NCBI RefSeq assembly: GCF_009914755.1
Contig: NC_060926.1
Length of the DNA stretch: 64,000 nt
Strand: one strand, 5' to 3'
Source of the DNA: the human T2T-CHM13v2.0 reference genome, Homo sapiens
The notes beneath the pieces are model-generated. The model was not told the DNA's origin. It did not search any database and saw only the letters and a program-made list of their open reading frames with translations. Position 1 is the stretch's first letter; each line of letters begins with the position of its first letter. Of this stretch, positions 59,390 through 64,000 are shown in pieces. The translations under genes were made by a program, and so were the position numbers.

Positions 59390-62300
59390 TTATTTTTTTG
59401 CGTGCTTTTTGTAATTTTTGGTCTTCCACATTGTTTTCGCCTGCCAGCTGTGTTTTGCTTTTATTGTCAATGTTTATTTATCTAGTACTATTTTCTGGTC
59501 TTTTCTTCTTTCACCCTTATAGAAGTGTAAGCTGAAGTGAATGATGTGAGGCTACAAGCAGGGAGGCAGCGAGGCAAGATGTTAGTTGGCAATGCATTAG
59601 GCTGCAAGTAACAGAAAACAAAAAGGTTATTTTTCTCCTGGAACAAGAGGGTCAGAAGCAGCTTCCACAATGATGCTGCCAGGAACCCAGGCTCTGTCAA
59701 CTGTTTCTTCTACCATCCTTGGGGGTGGACAGTCACCTTCATGCTCTTTCATCCTCAGAAAAGAGGAAGTGCTTCCAGAATTTAACAGTCAGTTTCTGCC
59801 AATGTTTTATTCATCAGAACAATGCCACATATCCCTCTGCTTGGGACATGTTGTTTTGGGCTGTCTAGCAACACAGAAGGGAAATGGAGAAAGCCTGGGA
59901 GTGAATGAAAATCAAAATCATTCAGTGAATCAGTATCATCAGGGGTTGAACAAAGGTGGGACAGTAAAAATGAAAAGGAAATAAAGAATATAATTGATAT
60001 GTGAGGAGTTAACATGTAAAATTGGTAGCCAAACAAAAAAGAGCTGGAGGGATCAAGGATGATGAAGAAGTTTCCTTTTCAAATAGGTGTAATTCAGTTT
60101 AAATAACATACAGTAAAAAGTAATGTGGACACATACCTTCAAACAATAAGTATTATTTTAGTGGGTTTTTAATCCTTTTATATGCATATTATATTCTGTT
60201 TTAATCATCATAACTATACATGTCTATCTTGCTTTTCTGTTTTTATGTTAGCACACATTTCCCCATGTATTTACTTAGTGATTTCTCAAATTTTAAACAT
60301 GTTGGTTGCTACCTCTGCATCAAAAATAATTCTATGTATGTAGCATTTTTTAATAATTTGTATTTACTCTTTGGGCTATATTTTCAGAAGTATGAATAGT
60401 GACTCAAAATATAGGAATAAGTTTTCTTTGGTGTTGTTATTGTGCCATACTATAAAATTGCTTGCCAACTGGTACTAAACTGTGAATTACTTTTGACTAA
60501 GAAAAGTTGGTAAGATGGACAGAAATCTGAGAGTTAAGAGGAGGGGGCATGTTTTGAAGTAGAGCATGGTGATTTACTTTGGTTTGGACGTATTAAACTT
60601 GAGTTGATGGTGGAATACCAGTTTGTAATAATCATTCAGCAAGTAGCTTGATATGCAAAACTGGTTTTCCTGAAAGTCATTAATTATAATCATTGATACT
60701 GATGAGAAATTGCAGAGGTGATTTTTGATTTCAAATATAATCTTTAAGGAAAACAATCATAGGAAAGAAGACAGTAAAATACCAATTATTCTTAGGGGAA
60801 GAAGGGAAGAAGAAAGACAGCCCACAAATGAGGGAGAGAAAGAAGCATTAAGAAACAAGTCAGCGAGCAGTCTGGTGCATTTTCTTGGGAAGGAGGCAGT
60901 GGTCTTCAATGTCAAACGCAGAATGAATGGACATGAGAAGCAGGCAGGAAGGAATTGGATCATAAGCCAATGATGCAAAAGTTCTTGGGGCCCAGTAGCT
61001 CCGTCTTCACCAAGGGCTCAGCTACAGACACCCATTAAAGTCTCCTTGTTCCAGGCACCTACTTCTATCCTAAATCCACCTGACACTTCCAGATCATCTG
61101 CTGTGTATCCCATCCCGGTTCACTGCTCATTCTCTTAGACAGGACCTGAGGACTCTGTCCTCTTTACCCTGCAATGCACTTCCTCCCTCAGGGATCCCAT
61201 TCCATTTTCCTGCACATTTTGTCACCTGAGGATCCTCCTGAGAGCCAAACCCTACCTCAGGCTTCCTCCTTTCTTCTCTTCTCACAGGAAGAGAGGTTAG
61301 ACAGCAGTGATCTCACAAAGGGGTTGTATCAGAATGATGGGAATGTGAAACCGCACACGGATGCTTGGGGAGTGAGCAGTGAGGAAGTAGAGACCTTTTC
61401 AATCAGCCAACACTGCGGCTTGGAATAGCCACCAACAGAGCACAGCATGGCAGAGGGTACAGAGTCCTTATAAAAACAGCCACATCCACACACAACAACT
61501 TGCTTTACCATGCAAGGCAAAATAAACTACAAACATGAATGTCCTTACATTTGGCAGTTTGAAACAGCACAGGAAGAATTAAGATTTGAGTCTAGAGTTT
61601 ATAAAAATGTAAATTCTTAAATAATTTAGGAGGCACATCAACCTGTTGTAGGTATCTAATCTCATTGAGATACCCCCACCTCTGGCTTGCAGATCGATTA
61701 CTCTGTGGTAGCTGGGTCTTATTTATCAGTTTTTTGGGTGTTCATGTATGGGGATTCTGGACATTGTCCTAAATACAGCAAATCACTCCAAATACTTCCA
61801 CTGTGTTTTAGTTAGCTAGAAAAAACTATGCACCACAAAATGTAATGGAAAATGCAACTTAGCCTCCTTTTCCCATAAATGTCAAGTACTTAGATATTTG
61901 GAAATGCCTAACATCAACTTAATTTGCTGGTATTCGTTCAGACATTTGGGATCACACAGCCATCACCACAGACACAGTATCACGTTACAGGAGTGGCTGC
62001 AGTTCCTGAATAACAGCTGACTTTCATCTGGGACCCCAGCCCAGGCTCCATTGCATGCAGGCTTGGGGCCACTCCCAGAGTGGCTCACTGGGCTTCCACA
62101 CACTCCAGCTCTTGAGGGTAGAGTTGGCTTGAAAGTTCTAGGGCACAACATCAAGGCCGTACTTAAAAATCAACCTTTTTTCAGAGAGTGCCATTTTGTG
62201 TTCTGTACAATTTATTTGTGGGCTTCTGAGAATTGGTTGGCAGTTTATGTAATATCCCTGCAACGATGAGAGGCAATCGCTTTCTGAAAACAAGACCTGT

Positions 62301-62440
62301 GATTATCCCAGCAGCATGGCCTGGGTTCCCTTTGCAAAGGACAGGCTTCCACCTCCATGGAGGCTTCAGGAGATCCCTGAAAATGCCTTCCACACTTAGA
62401 AGCAGAAATCTCCTCTCACGCTAGGAACTCCTGATGTGTA

Positions 62441-62649
62441 CAGCAGGATTTCTCAACCTTCACACTGTGGACATTGTGGGCCAGATAATTCTTTGTTGTG
62501 GGACTGTCCTGTGTATTGTGGGATGTTTAGTGGCACCCCTTTGCCTCTACCCAGTAGATCCCAGTTATGATAACTAAAAATGCCTCCAGACATTGCCAGG
62601 TGTCCTGGGTGTGGGTGGGCACAAAATCACCCTCTAATGAAAATCACTG
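62441..62649. mobile_element. MER20 hAT MITE
   Basis: CAGCAGGATTTCTCAACCT...GATAATTCTTTGTTGTGGG...CCAGACATTGCCA...AAATCACTG. Confidence 0.85.
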
Positions 62650-63619
62650 AGGCCATCTAGACATTTAGTCCCAAAACTTCTAACCCAGGCCCAGGATCTT
62701 CTTTGAAATTATACTCATACTGCTTACACTGTGTGCTCAGCTCCAGGTCTGGGCCCAAACACACACAAGAATAGCTTCCTTCCACTGCCTTCTTTCATGC
62801 AGGGTATTCAAACCCCGAAGGAGAAAGGAGCTGTCTGGGCCTCTCTTATCTTGAAGCATTATGGCTTCTGCCTGAAACTTTGGACCTTTTCTTAGGAGAG
62901 AGCATCAACTAGAACCAGGGAAAAGCAATTATTGAGTGCCTGCTGTATACTGAGCACTGTTCTGGATGCTTCAGAATCAGCCCTAAATTCTTGCCCTCGT
63001 GGGGCTTTCATTATAGCGGGGAGGCTAAAAATAAACAATAAGTCAGTCAAGCACTTGGAAGAAAGTAAAAGATGAGAGGGGTGTGTGTGTATGGAGGGGA
63101 CTTCCACACTGAGTAGGGTGACCAGGGAGGCCTCATGAACAGACGAGGTTTGTTTTGAGATAGACATCGCTGGGTTGAATGTGGGTCCTGCCATCCCATG
63201 AGCTATTTTGGAAGCTCCTCTAGTCCTTCTTTCGGGGACTAGATAGATGCTGTAGAGTGTTTAGCACAGGGACTGGCTCATGGTAAGGGTTCTATGGGGG
63301 TACAAGCTGGGCTTCCGGTCTGCCTTCATCACCTGGTGCCATCACTTTGTCTTAAGAACACTCGGGCAGGCTTCTTAATCTCCACAAACAGGTTTGTAAA
63401 AGGGAGATAAGAATAGTTTCAACCTCACAGTTGTTTTCAAAATGAAAAGACATCATAATACAAATGCTTGGCGGAGTCGTTGCCATGTAGTTGGTATTCA
63501 ATAAATGTCAGCTATTCTTATGATGATATACCAATTTAGAGCACCAAAAATAAGACATCATTAGGGCACATAAATTCATCACAGCTTCTCCCTAGTGAAA
63601 CACTTTCTGCTCTCTGAAG

Positions 63620-63646
63620 GGTGTGTGTGTGTGTGTGTGTGTGTGT
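63620..63646. repeat. (TG)n microsatellite
   Basis: Seen directly. Confidence 0.95.
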
Positions 63647-63807
63647 CCACATAAGGCATTTGGCAGACTTTCCAGCCAAGAGTTAGTGCTTCATAGACAC
63701 ATGTTCATTATTGTCATTATCACTGTCATCCTAGTACATGGTAGTTAATATTATGCCATCTGTACTGACCAAGATATGCCACTCTTTAGCTGGTAATTGT
63801 GATTAAA

Positions 63808-64000
63808 ATTTATTCAACAAATATTTTTTGAGCACATACTATATGCCAGACACTTATTTTAGGTTCTGGGGAACAGTAGTCCAAAAAAAAAAGGATAAAA
63901 GTTCCTGCCCTCAGGGGGCTGACATTTGGGTGAGGGGAATCAGATGAAGCAACATAGCTTGGCCGATTACACAGTAGTTAGAAGATGATAAGTGCTCTGG
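63808..64000. mobile_element. L2 3' end
   Basis: ATTCAACAAATATTTTTTGAGCACATACTATATGCCAGACAC...CCTGCCCTCAGGGGGCT. Confidence 0.8.

Overview
This is mammalian genomic DNA, almost certainly human or primate: it is rich in Alu elements and also carries MST/THE1, L1M, L2, MIR and MER elements. It holds the complete six-exon MFSD9 gene on the minus strand (spliced CDS reconstructed by hand: 165+88+44+130+210+788 = 1425 nt, 474 aa, all GT-AG introns) and coding exons 1-3 of TMEM182 on the plus strand. The first ~2 kb is probably the 3' UTR end of SLC9A2; that call rests on known gene order plus an ATTAAA signal, not on coding sequence. A CpG island at ~27.1-27.65 kb looks like a bidirectional promoter, and ~28-52 kb is mostly nested transposable elements. 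I found no convincing new multi-gene biological system. The most notable oddities are: (1) a 38-nt 5'-half tRNA-Gly(TCC) retrocopy with TSD-like flanks in MFSD9 intron 4; (2) three local 100-200 bp direct duplications in MFSD9 introns, two of them abutting CG/CA tracts; (3) a candidate long TMEM182 isoform from the MFSD9 CpG island, with a CR1/L3-derived exon that ends in an ATG in frame with exon 2; and (4) a tail-to-tail inverted Alu pair ~90 bp apart. Repeat subfamily names and boundaries were called by eye and are approximate.
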